This document shows, piece after piece, positions 54,601-63,205 of a stretch of DNA of 64,000 bases. Numbering within the stretch: the first letter of the stretch is position 1; each line of letters opens with the position of its first letter. This stretch comes from a virus. The notes beneath the pieces are model-generated. The model was given only the letters and a program-made list of their open reading frames with translations, was not told where the DNA came from and ran no database searches. A program made the position numbers and the translations under genes. The DNA is taken from positions 1 through 64,000 of IMG/VR virus record IMGVR_UViG_3300033998_000198; one strand, written 5' to 3'.

Positions 54601-57523
54601 ACTTCAAGCTGATACTGAAGTTAAACAGAAAGCACTGATAGATGTATTTAACGCTCAAGCAAGAAACAATGCCAAGCTATTTAAGAAGGCTCTTGAAGAT
54701 TATGCCGACGTAGAGCCTGACGGACTCAAGGCTTATAGTGCAAAAGGCTTCGATGAATTTCTTGTCAAGAAGATTTCAAAGAAGTTAGGGTACACCGGAA
54801 CAGATCAGGAAATCTTCGACCAGTTTGATGCAAGATCCAACAAACTGATGGACCCTGAAAGAAGAATGACAGCCGTAAAGGCCAACTTTGACAAGGCCGG
54901 TATCGGTTATATATCAAACACTAATGTGATTGTAAGGGATATAGCTTTTGAACAATTCAGAGATTCTGGTGATATATATACACTTTCAAACATCCTTGAG
55001 TTTACAGACAAGACAGAGCAGAAACTGATTGACGTTAAGCATATGAAAACAATGGGCGAGGGAAGCGGTAATATTGATGATATCATTATCAAAGCCGGAC
55101 GATACAGAACTGCAATAAACACCCTCGCAACAGGTGATGCAAGGCAAAAAGATGAAGCAATCAACAAACTTCGTGAAATTTTGTTCAATAGTGATGTTTA
55201 CAAGAGAGAGCAGTCCGTAAGGGTTGATGAAGTTCTCAGTTCGCTCCGTCAATTGTTTGACAGCAAGTATGCAAAACAATGGACAAACCCAATCAGAAGC
55301 AAGATGTCAGGAAAAAATTATGCCGAACAGATTAAGGACGTCAATAACTTCCTGAAGAATCCCACAGCATACGGCGGGACTGAGTTAACAAATCTTTCTG
55401 TCAATGAAGTGATTCATGCAAATGATATAGACACTATAAGCATTGACGATACAGCTCTTGTTCCTCCATCAAAAGGAACAGAATATCCCGTCTTGCTAAA
55501 GGACAGTGCTGGCAAAACATCTCCACCAATAGGTGCATATGTATATAGTGGTTCAGGTGTTGGTGCCAATACCAATATGAAGTATGTTGAGCTTGAAGAA
55601 TTCATCACAGATCCTTCTGTAAACAAAGCAAGAAGCAAACGTTACAGGATATACGGCAATACAATGGCTGATATCCAGCGTCAGATGAGAGATGAGTTCA
55701 GAGTAGCAACTGACATCAATGATGTCCAGAATTTGATTGATGTTGAGAAGGGTAGAATCCTTGACTCGGCGATGTCAAGCGGTTTTGAGTTCGAGAAAGA
55801 GCGTATTACGGCTGAATTCTTAAACGGTGGAAGTATTGATGATATTTTGGCCAAATCAACCATAGGGGTAGAGAACCGTCAGGATATCATCGATCATCTT
55901 ACCAATCTTAACCCTACTCAATATCAAAGCGAAGCATACAGGCAATTGGCTTCAGAGTTCTTTGACAACGAAATGACTGGCCGGCCAATGCGTAGATTCT
56001 CTGCCGCAGTATCAGAACTGGCTGAAAGAAATTACATTGGAAACCAGGCAAGTCTTATACAGGCATTTAATAACTATATACGGCAACGTGGTGCTGAAGG
56101 CCCTTCAGACAAATGGAATCCTGCAATGATTTCAGATGTCCATGATGAATTAATCCGAAAGGCATTGTATCAGGTTCCAGGTCTTCCATCAGCACAGATA
56201 GAAGGAATCCTAAACCAGGTTAACACCGTAGCGGACGATATGATAGCCCGTAAAGGAGAAATACGGTTAAGACCTGCTAAAGTACAGAATGTTGCCGAGA
56301 CTATTGCAAGAATACAGGATACTCCATTGTATGACATGAAAAGTGCCTTCTCTCAACTTGAGAACATGGCAAACGATATGTTAGGCAATATAACAAAAAC
56401 TCAACTGGAAAGTTTTGCTGAAGCAACACGGCTTAGTCCCGAAGATGCTATCGCAAAACTTAGGCATACTGTAAAGAACGAGAATATCCAACTTCCATTC
56501 AAGGCAATCACTCAGGCTGAAAGCGTTAAGATAGCTTCGCTTAACCAAATGTATTCAGAGCTTCTTGCGTCAAAGAACCAAGAAGCAATGGATTTCCTTG
56601 GCTGGAAACCTATAAATGAAGTTGTCAACGCATACAACCCAAGTGCGGCAGCAAGAGCTGTAGGTGAAACTTACGACCCAATTGCGGCCATACGTGAAAT
56701 TGGCCAATCCAAAGTTACTTATGGAAGATATGCCGGCATGGAGTTCTCGTCATTATCAATCGGGGAGCTCAAGGAAATTATGAATCTCCGTCCTGAAACT
56801 GCAAAGACCAGAATTGAAGCGGACAATATTGTAGCTCTCAAACAAAGAGTAAATCAATATTTCTCATTGCTTGACCAGAATACATCAGCAGTAAGAGCTG
56901 AAGGAATTAGTATAAATATTCCTGAAGCTGTACGCAAATCGAGGTATGTTGATGTAGATATAAACGAACTTTTAAAGTCCAATGGTATAAAGTTAAAGAA
57001 CTTGGACGATTTATTGGATACAACCAAAAGGGACTTAAAATTTGATATGGCTCGTGGTACAATAAAAGAAGGGGTAGAAAATGCTGTCAAGCGTTCCGAA
57101 GATTTGTTTGGAAGCAGTAAGTTCGGAAAGATAGCTCTTGCCGGTTTGGCTCTTGGTCTTGCAGGATATATTGTTGGACAGATGAGTGCAAAACCAGGAC
57201 CGCTACAACCGGAGCATAGACCTTCAGGCGAAGGAGCTCCCGCACCAGATGGAACTTACGAACCGAAAGTCAACTATAAAACACCACAACCGCAGATGCC
57301 AAAGAAAGCAGTAATGCAGGAAAACAATTCTGGAATGCGGATAAAGATAAGTGCAAAGAATGGAACCAGCATGTCAAACAGTGATGTTGCTGGAGCAGTA
57401 AACAAAGCCATCGCTGATTCCTTGCCAAATAGAATGAATGTCAACGTGGTTTCAAGAGACGACACCAGTGCAGTCAATGACAGTTGGTTGGAAGAACAGT
57501 TTAAGAGGCTTATAGGAGGGTGA
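48629..57523 (+). CDS. Giant single-chain two-barrel RNA polymerase with an N-terminal DEDDh exonuclease (putative virion RNAP)
   Basis: beta-like: PF...RQ1197, K1387LIMGGVEK1395, G1553LKITDRE. beta'-like: SGR1783LSHSG, LR1936YP, N1972ADIDAD1978. Exonuclease: D96LE98, H251NGSKFD257, H332VASND337. Confidence 0.85.
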   Translation: MAIRPVMSANMNSNLKMNRYSDFFNGMDEEKIDAYKNVRGMIDELKGTEADVSLKDFYFKSFNAGVMDYNIPALEQGMNMFNDMLDAGAGSVYAMDLETLGNPFGDASEKGLFAITEMTLTKKDLATGTVLDVQNVLFGLTEEQRLAYENLIARAELGYNSLTSSEKATIERLARYGAKDTKIINRGGKAILANLGIANPMDLTAAKKGLNRLVDIGPGQAWGSQFARDQLIIASNHLNQIKGPNNILFTHNGSKFDMPAFNEALRMHGISNTINDINHVDFQAAIHTAYGGDTLNLHLTARETNGVKGKIKGALETLDKLAESFGIRTHAHVASNDNRTLINLLTAPYRKTEHGTINLGQDLKSRLNAYSVLSKHQDIDPSTVADKVIFVKNAVYTNGLDYIKTSEGIKPYGDWPLQRNNFYRIENVGKVNIKDTASLRKIGINVPAGSTGSDLYYMTLRNVATGKEEETINIVRSSREELQALFQKNLEVFRYTKDLKDISSDLDAKMALQNQIVSQAMIDETTRLATRDNARRKFEGMFQTSGKGFNYAKGMYQTYNNLYQNGITTAEEAALYIQNNPTSELLRGLQYKGDIIPERRSDFLEMFNLIRDTSDTMTTVINRIESNIPVKGEAGTVKRTVALGRAYENLQNAIMQASGVAENIAKNRKLITPYPMDIDVINIGVDDIHRITVRARSVEEARINILNGIDKLVGTEKNKRARENKRMFYLRRLAENVYGKDSEKLERMFGQLDSAYYTAGEIAGDLNKQFLDGTLNIGRDEIYATDLDSYVINSSTFDQFMVDNNINVLGLTDAASAHIGSLTEASLGDTVVMEKGVFTIKDENLRKLLMEDYHYSADNVHDLMRGLYGKSPDGTEYGLVNKHGLVAELFVDEEGYLSIALTDKKHATELYESLAKNEVPKNAAISRLPQVSYYGDDTDLLKKVSFGSVEKQVTTELNTYYSPGSSESYYNNIRIAARDTTSESLNSLVKLHRVLPDLIEAGEYDRASRQLTNTMAAPIFGGSGFSGNTTVAIDDILAEKALRPNVSDIITASTVDMTGLVNFIPELYKRDEEIRNDLNRILVNNKAIDDRFIDNWIRDIQAGNLKQFSDMDIELREWYTMNMFEGHKILHKIRDLKAEGGRLFQKEVSLLDSLIANGASFFNKAEKVSEGIAVLENPFEYVTYGFMNELSRPVARQSLAFHALDPRELTGASVKLEAAGMKLGQTVVTDKMYNKYLKKYRFETGITGDIKNLNDTEILDAIESLDKEELYKKYGRSRVDKVINEYKTIGSTFQQHSLINPMLTADIYNKPELIKFDVTGNSFEFAEGLGVGKKIKSGSLLGYEIDGETRRAVVYNGQDGIISGFINRKNAQKVVIKPFNAQIDEIKLIMGGVEKSVASVVNRDAEMLPIAQEIWDKLFGKSTAVVGRFEIGKHEAASIAYGSTITRMAERALEHGEAVQNEFANLLNQNLPEWNGRWEGNKFVISGNPNAAGGHFSGIRNLVDAMRDKGIYDDIIADFDNPNTNTLRTLISKGQMSEMFSVMEDEADIYGKGLKITDRELQIAGIRSGEQPTDFFFQDANGKWQKKLQPVIDAWREEITRENIELENGKLLETNYSKAKKDLRNITNTYSALRGETPTAAIKELHFDDVKPILKGVDAATLEDALKGTVFEDVADVFKITLPNNMKVLNMVTGEMDDHIYIPYLHSYDIDGKVITHNAHRKSADLLRMLDSIAEGKLPNGVRSMSQLQSALNDAYAEAMAAYGRELSDDKNSILKRHLVSGRLSHSGQGLAGAVVSPELFKNGEVDSRLAGIVHSDVVEKVGDKILYKDVAYTSAEMLEDMGVNFAEIGRQVLEDKKIRSQIGDVDAFIARSGFNRYDLTKAPIDIDMLHEIIKQKILKDNNPYTIDDAREALENLTQLGKYYAREKGIMSIMLRYPSFLQTSLGVTNIRLSPYMHGRKFNIMSWTAAGLNADIDADRLSVWLNLTKTGGLQADTEVKQKALIDVFNAQARNNAKLFKKALEDYADVEPDGLKAYSAKGFDEFLVKKISKKLGYTGTDQEIFDQFDARSNKLMDPERRMTAVKANFDKAGIGYISNTNVIVRDIAFEQFRDSGDIYTLSNILEFTDKTEQKLIDVKHMKTMGEGSGNIDDIIIKAGRYRTAINTLATGDARQKDEAINKLREILFNSDVYKREQSVRVDEVLSSLRQLFDSKYAKQWTNPIRSKMSGKNYAEQIKDVNNFLKNPTAYGGTELTNLSVNEVIHANDIDTISIDDTALVPPSKGTEYPVLLKDSAGKTSPPIGAYVYSGSGVGANTNMKYVELEEFITDPSVNKARSKRYRIYGNTMADIQRQMRDEFRVATDINDVQNLIDVEKGRILDSAMSSGFEFEKERITAEFLNGGSIDDILAKSTIGVENRQDIIDHLTNLNPTQYQSEAYRQLASEFFDNEMTGRPMRRFSAAVSELAERNYIGNQASLIQAFNNYIRQRGAEGPSDKWNPAMISDVHDELIRKALYQVPGLPSAQIEGILNQVNTVADDMIARKGEIRLRPAKVQNVAETIARIQDTPLYDMKSAFSQLENMANDMLGNITKTQLESFAEATRLSPEDAIAKLRHTVKNENIQLPFKAITQAESVKIASLNQMYSELLASKNQEAMDFLGWKPINEVVNAYNPSAAARAVGETYDPIAAIREIGQSKVTYGRYAGMEFSSLSIGELKEIMNLRPETAKTRIEADNIVALKQRVNQYFSLLDQNTSAVRAEGISINIPEAVRKSRYVDVDINELLKSNGIKLKNLDDLLDTTKRDLKFDMARGTIKEGVENAVKRSEDLFGSSKFGKIALAGLALGLAGYIVGQMSAKPGPLQPEHRPSGEGAPAPDGTYEPKVNYKTPQPQMPKKAVMQENNSGMRIKISAKNGTSMSNSDVAGAVNKAIADSLPNRMNVNVVSRDDTSAVNDSWLEEQFKRLIGG

Positions 57524-57530
57524 GGTCATA

Positions 57531-60500
57531 GTGGCAGACTATAGAAAAAGCACTTCCCTGTTCTCTAAATACAGAGATCCGGGAGGTATTAGCACAGGCG
57601 AGCTATTAGACAGATATTACAACATTCCCGAAGGCAGGACTACAGCTCCCCTGTCTTACCTTGATAATGTCGATTTTCCGCATAGGATATTCGATTTCCA
57701 TTATAACTTCAGACTTGGCGATTGTCAGTTCAAGATCCCTCCGGAATTCATACAGGTAAAGACAATTACCGAAACAAATTCCGTTGTAGGAATTAGACAG
57801 TCTACTTCGCTAAAAACCAAATCCGGGTATAGCCGTAAACAGATCGTTATTACTCTGTTTTTCAACGGACTTAACCAGATCAACGGATATAAATGTGAAT
57901 CGCCTTTTTCATATCCTTACTACATGGACGGTCTCCGGAGTCTTCTTGCTCAATTCAAGAGGACCCCGTTCCTTCCTGTTGTAAATGAACTTATTAATGG
58001 AGTACATGGAATATACAATGTAGCATTATCAAACATTACAATCAACACCGTACAGGGGTTTCCTGAATGTCTCCAGGCGGAACTCACGTTGCTTGACTTT
58101 AACGTCGTACCGTTGATTGAAGCTCCTCCTTTTATGTATCATAACATGATAGACTGGGATATGTTCAGATGGTACTATCAGCAATTACTTCGCCCTGATG
58201 ACAGGGTATACGACAGGAACGAACATGCTACAACAAGACTTCAGCCGATACAGAATACAAACCTTACAGGTAAGTTCGGATTGTATATATTAAGCGAAGA
58301 AGCTCTTGCTGCAATGAACGACGGAAAGTACAAGCCAGACCTAAGCGACAGCAGTAACTATATACTGTGTGTTGACGACGAAACCGGTATACGCCTGACA
58401 GATATATTCTGCGGTTACTCAAACGTGCTTCCTGCAATACAGTTAAGCAAAGAAGGGACGCCTACGTATCAGTATCTTGGAGGTACAGATGCGACGTTTA
58501 CCTTTATATTTGAAACTCAGGACAGAGATGTCGTTACGGCTCTGGTTGACTTAAATGAACGATGCCAGAGGATGGTAAGGGAGTACCGCAAACTTCACGG
58601 CCTCGGCTTCATCAAAATAGAGAACGAATTAGTGCAAATGCTCGGTGCACAGTATGTCATGTTCAATACAATGGACATCACTACTGTGCCCGACTTCCCA
58701 GATTTGTTTAGAATACAGATAGAGGCTGTAAGTTACGATATTGACCAGAGTAAGAAAGAAACATTGACTGGCATGAAGCCTTTCGATGGCGATGGCACAT
58801 TGCTTGCCAGAAAAGTAGGTACAACCTATGATTGGACTGAAGTCGCAGAACCAAACACAACCATCACTAACACTTATATGGGTCTTATCACAAAGATCCG
58901 GCAGGACAATTACATAGAACACAAGATGAAGCTCATGGACCTTTATCCGGACCTTCAGCTACCTACGTTTGAAGAATTGGATGATTTTATCACAACCATA
59001 AGAGAATGGAGAAGGAGTAAGGGGCTTCAGGCATATCCTTTGTCTGGACCGTACCCGAAAGACGACGGTAGAATTAAATTCTCAGATCCTGATTTCTACG
59101 TTTTCTACCCTATTAAATACGGAGACGCACAGAATATTATAACAGGAACCGGAGGAAATGTAGGAGGAGAAACTTACGATCCTGATGACGGTGCAATTTC
59201 AGTTGCCGGTATATTCAAGTCTGGATTGTATGGTGCAACAGAAACTACGCCCGGACAGCACCCAAAGACACAAGAATTGCTTAAACTTCTTGAGAGCAAA
59301 ATAGGATGCGGATATGTATGGGGTGCTGAAGGAGAGATTCTTACTCAGGAAGGTCTTGCTGCCTTAAAGAAGCAATTTGGAGCAAGTCATTATGATTTTG
59401 TTGATGATGATGGCACTCGTGTTCTTGCAAGTAAATGGATAGGTAAACAGGTGTTCGACTGCTCTGGATTTATTAACTGGGGGCTTATCCAGGTTGGAAT
59501 TGCTCCAAAAGGATACAGAACCACACATTCAACTACTTTTAATGACTGGTGTATCGAAATCAAAAAGAGCGAAATACTCCCTGGCGATATAGCCATGAAT
59601 TCAACCCATATCGCAATGATATCTGATCCTGACAAAGATCAAACAATCGAGGCTATGGGTACACGGTACGGTGTTGTTCACGGAAAGATAGGGAATAGAT
59701 TCACAAAGTTTGGAAGACTAAAAGGCGGAAAGACAAAGAGCTCAACAACTCCAACACCGAATGCCGCAACTCAACAGGTTAGCAAGGCACAGACTACAGA
59801 TTACAATGCAAAGCGTGATGCTTATAACCCGACATACCAGGCAATTTACGATTATGCAAACATACAGTGCACAAAGCTCGGCGTTCCAATTCGTCTAATG
59901 TGTGCAATGATGGAGATAGAAAGTAATTGGACACAATGGTGGACGACAGCAGGGAAGAAAGCGGATGGCAAGTACCATAACGCAGGAGATGTTGTAAGGT
60001 CTTACGCAAATGCTGTTGGTATCTGCCAAATTGTGCACCATAGTCCTAACGGTACTCCTGTCAATAATCAATACGATTATGACAAACTGCAAAATGACTG
60101 GAGATATAATATAGAGTGCGGGGCCAAAGAACTTTATGAATGCTATAAGGGGGCATCACAAAGATTTACAAATGAAGAAGACCGAGCAAGAGCTGCATGG
60201 TGTGCATATAACATGGGGCGTTATGCAAGTCAGAGCTATACAAGATGGAGAGATAACCCTAACAGGGATGATATAAAGTTTAAGGAATATTATGAGAAGC
60301 AACCCTGGTTATCGAGAATTGACACCGCAAAGATTCCGACTTCCAATGGGACAGATTACACTGGAAGCGTAGAAGTTCCAGAAACCGACCTTAGTGTTAC
60401 AAACAACTTTGCAAGTCTTAACTTCAACAGGGAGGAATTCGGCAAAGATATACGCAGACTGTCCGACATCCACGGCGGTGTAAAAGAAACCAAGAACTTT

Positions 60501-63161
60501 AACGGCCATAAACAAGACAAATATCCTATTGAGCATATGTGTCATGATATGACCCAGTACAATAAACGTGGAAGACTCCTTAGAGCATTCCCGACATTTA
60601 TATTTATGATGCTTGATGAAAACGGGGATTGGCTTGATGGAAAGAAATTGTGGACTAACTATTATTTCTATAGATCCATTATGGATATCCAGATTCATCA
60701 GGACAGGAAACAGCCCGTACATACTGCTATAATTAAGATCAGCAATGTGTACAACAACCTGGGAAAATCACCACCAAGGGAGTACGACTGGGTAAAAGAA
60801 CAGATGGGTGGAGGTATACAGGGATGGTTGTATGAAACCTTTGGTATTCAGGTTGGAACACCAAAGGCAACACAATCAATGGTTGAGAACAAGAACAAGG
60901 TTTTAAAACATGTTTACCTTGATGCAGGATGTAGAATTCATTTGAGAATTGGATACGGAAATGATGCCGAGATGCTGCCAATAACATTTACCGGCCAAAT
61001 AACCGAAATGGATACTGCTGAAATCATTACATTTGTAGCCCAGAGTGACGGTGTCGAACTTATTAATAGAGCTGTAGGGACAAACAACAAGAGTCAAACC
61101 AACACGCTGTTTAACATAGGCACAGAGCCTTCAAATATCATTAAGTCCTTGCTGTGTGACCGTGAGAGCGATTTCATATCATGGTGTAACCACAAATGGT
61201 ACGAGAACAGCAAGTATGGTATTCAGCATTTTGGAACTCCTACATTGGTTGATGACACCGGTTTTGTCAAGTTTAACATTGACAGGTTTGTTGATGTTAG
61301 TATGAACATGGCTTTTGATACTGAAACAATGAAAATGGTTCAGGCAATTAAGGCCGAGAAAAATCCTATGGCGGCTATAGGAGAATACTTTGAACAGACA
61401 TTTAAAGACTGGAAATGGACAGATCCTTCTACATGGTGGGAATCGTTCAAGAACATGTTCAAAGTTTTAGCCGCACTCACTCTTGAAGCCGGTATGAAGT
61501 TGGAGCTCAGTGTCGGACAGGCGATAGTTGATTTTGTTGCCGGTAACTACAAAAACATGTCGTGGCCTGAGTATTATGACATCATCAAGAACATTTATCT
61601 TGGAGGCATCAAGGGTGATGAAGAAAGGATGGAGGACTATGCCGCTATCCATATGAACCTTAATGGTAAATTGGCGATTGATCCGTTTGACGGCGAGGAA
61701 AATTTACGTGTGTTTATTTATAACAAATGTGTATGGGATATCATGCAGGTTGTAACACAGTCAATTCCTGAATTTGTATGCCAACCAATGTATCATCAGT
61801 TTGAAACAAGAGTATTCTTTGGTCATCCTTTTTGGCTCGCAAAATACAAATACTATTACGATGCCAAAGATAGGAAGATATACGAACATGAGAAACCTTT
61901 TACTCAGTTTCATCTGTATGATTCGTTGAGTGACATTATAGATAACCAAATCAAGGCTGATGGCAGGGGGCTTGCTACTAACATTATTGGTATGTATACA
62001 CTTGGCCATAGCTTAAAGACAACACCCACTATATTCGCAGACAAGACGATTGCGTGGGACTATCAGAAAACAAGGGTTATTGATACATCGTTTGTTCAGA
62101 ACTGGTTTGGGCCGGATATGTTGTACGAGTTTTTTGACGACTATAAGGCAGAGCGTACAGCAATCAGGATATGCACATCAAACCTGATAGACGGCTTCCA
62201 GTGTATTTACAAAGGCCCACTGATAGTAATAGGTGATTCCAGTGTAAAACCGTGCGATATCATAGGAATAACCGATAGCTACACTGGTATGTACGGATTA
62301 GCAGAGGTAAGGGAGGTATCACACTCGTTTAGTGTGGATACAGGATTTGTAACATCCATAACTCCAGACCTATATACAACCGGTGCTGGGTTTATGATGA
62401 AGCAGGATGCTCAGAGCGTATTCTTATCTCTTGCGATGGGATTTGGTGGTATTGTAGCACAACGTTCAGCAGGTATATTTGCTGCAAATACAGCCGTAAG
62501 ATATGCGGCTGCCGGTACTGGAGTTGCTATAGGGCTTGTTGCAATACGGGTTGGTGGACTGATAATCGATGGGTTCAGGACTGGGCGAATACTCCTTAAT
62601 GTCAAGGATTTTGCAGACACATTAAAGACAGCCAAAGAGATAAAGAACCTTACGAAAACGATTAAAGAAGTCAAGAACATAAAAACAGCCGTCAATGTTG
62701 CAAAACAGGCTGGCATGGCAGCAAAGTCAATACAGGCTGAAGCTGCATTGCTCGGCACTGAGATACTCCCAGGTATAGGTACTATCGTCCTGTGGCTTGC
62801 AGCTACGATCGCAACCGAATGTCTATTAAAGGCAGTAGTTGACTTCTTTAGCTATCAGAACTGCATTAAGTGTTTCCCGCTCTTATATAATGGCAAACCA
62901 TTTATAGCAGGAGTTAAAGGACACACACAACTCATACCTGGATACAACGACATGGGTATGCTGGCTGACGACACAAGCAAGCCAATAGAAGAAGGTATTG
63001 AGATTGAAGGCGAATATGCAAACAGCTCTGCCGGCACAGCATCTGGTGGTTATGACGATGGACTTGGTTATACTGAAGGTCCTAAGATGAGCGGCGGCCC
63101 AATTGATGGTGCAAAGCCTGGAGAAGATGGCTATATGCCTGGTGCAGGATTATACGCATAG
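57531..63161 (+). CDS. Baseplate hub/tail-associated lysin with NlpC/P60 and lytic transglycosylase domains
   Basis: 'IGCGYVWG...FDC644SG...PGDI...H693I...IE707A' (NlpC/P60); 'MMEIE797S...AVGICQI...YNIECGAKEL...AYNMG' (SLT); hub-like 'CRIHLRIGYG...FTGQITE' and 'GDSSVKPCDII...EVSHSFS...GFVTSITP'. Confidence 0.8.
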   Translation: MADYRKSTSLFSKYRDPGGISTGELLDRYYNIPEGRTTAPLSYLDNVDFPHRIFDFHYNFRLGDCQFKIPPEFIQVKTITETNSVVGIRQSTSLKTKSGYSRKQIVITLFFNGLNQINGYKCESPFSYPYYMDGLRSLLAQFKRTPFLPVVNELINGVHGIYNVALSNITINTVQGFPECLQAELTLLDFNVVPLIEAPPFMYHNMIDWDMFRWYYQQLLRPDDRVYDRNEHATTRLQPIQNTNLTGKFGLYILSEEALAAMNDGKYKPDLSDSSNYILCVDDETGIRLTDIFCGYSNVLPAIQLSKEGTPTYQYLGGTDATFTFIFETQDRDVVTALVDLNERCQRMVREYRKLHGLGFIKIENELVQMLGAQYVMFNTMDITTVPDFPDLFRIQIEAVSYDIDQSKKETLTGMKPFDGDGTLLARKVGTTYDWTEVAEPNTTITNTYMGLITKIRQDNYIEHKMKLMDLYPDLQLPTFEELDDFITTIREWRRSKGLQAYPLSGPYPKDDGRIKFSDPDFYVFYPIKYGDAQNIITGTGGNVGGETYDPDDGAISVAGIFKSGLYGATETTPGQHPKTQELLKLLESKIGCGYVWGAEGEILTQEGLAALKKQFGASHYDFVDDDGTRVLASKWIGKQVFDCSGFINWGLIQVGIAPKGYRTTHSTTFNDWCIEIKKSEILPGDIAMNSTHIAMISDPDKDQTIEAMGTRYGVVHGKIGNRFTKFGRLKGGKTKSSTTPTPNAATQQVSKAQTTDYNAKRDAYNPTYQAIYDYANIQCTKLGVPIRLMCAMMEIESNWTQWWTTAGKKADGKYHNAGDVVRSYANAVGICQIVHHSPNGTPVNNQYDYDKLQNDWRYNIECGAKELYECYKGASQRFTNEEDRARAAWCAYNMGRYASQSYTRWRDNPNRDDIKFKEYYEKQPWLSRIDTAKIPTSNGTDYTGSVEVPETDLSVTNNFASLNFNREEFGKDIRRLSDIHGGVKETKNFNGHKQDKYPIEHMCHDMTQYNKRGRLLRAFPTFIFMMLDENGDWLDGKKLWTNYYFYRSIMDIQIHQDRKQPVHTAIIKISNVYNNLGKSPPREYDWVKEQMGGGIQGWLYETFGIQVGTPKATQSMVENKNKVLKHVYLDAGCRIHLRIGYGNDAEMLPITFTGQITEMDTAEIITFVAQSDGVELINRAVGTNNKSQTNTLFNIGTEPSNIIKSLLCDRESDFISWCNHKWYENSKYGIQHFGTPTLVDDTGFVKFNIDRFVDVSMNMAFDTETMKMVQAIKAEKNPMAAIGEYFEQTFKDWKWTDPSTWWESFKNMFKVLAALTLEAGMKLELSVGQAIVDFVAGNYKNMSWPEYYDIIKNIYLGGIKGDEERMEDYAAIHMNLNGKLAIDPFDGEENLRVFIYNKCVWDIMQVVTQSIPEFVCQPMYHQFETRVFFGHPFWLAKYKYYYDAKDRKIYEHEKPFTQFHLYDSLSDIIDNQIKADGRGLATNIIGMYTLGHSLKTTPTIFADKTIAWDYQKTRVIDTSFVQNWFGPDMLYEFFDDYKAERTAIRICTSNLIDGFQCIYKGPLIVIGDSSVKPCDIIGITDSYTGMYGLAEVREVSHSFSVDTGFVTSITPDLYTTGAGFMMKQDAQSVFLSLAMGFGGIVAQRSAGIFAANTAVRYAAAGTGVAIGLVAIRVGGLIIDGFRTGRILLNVKDFADTLKTAKEIKNLTKTIKEVKNIKTAVNVAKQAGMAAKSIQAEAALLGTEILPGIGTIVLWLAATIATECLLKAVVDFFSYQNCIKCFPLLYNGKPFIAGVKGHTQLIPGYNDMGMLADDTSKPIEEGIEIEGEYANSSAGTASGGYDDGLGYTEGPKMSGGPIDGAKPGEDGYMPGAGLYA

Positions 63162-63205
63162 CATAACTATAAAATTTATGGTATGATGATTACGGGGGTG
63201 TAATT

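Noticed and set aside
48629-57523. Family B/C DNA polymerase, suggested by the N-terminal proofreading exonuclease
   Set aside because: No PolB or PolC polymerase motifs were recognised; the downstream motifs match two-barrel RNAPs in order and spacing.
13822-63205. T4-like TATAAA late promoter motif in several intergenic gaps (e.g. ~27077, ~30921, ~34627, ~63169)
   Set aside because: The matches are short, AT-rich, inconsistent in flanks and spacing, and expected by chance.
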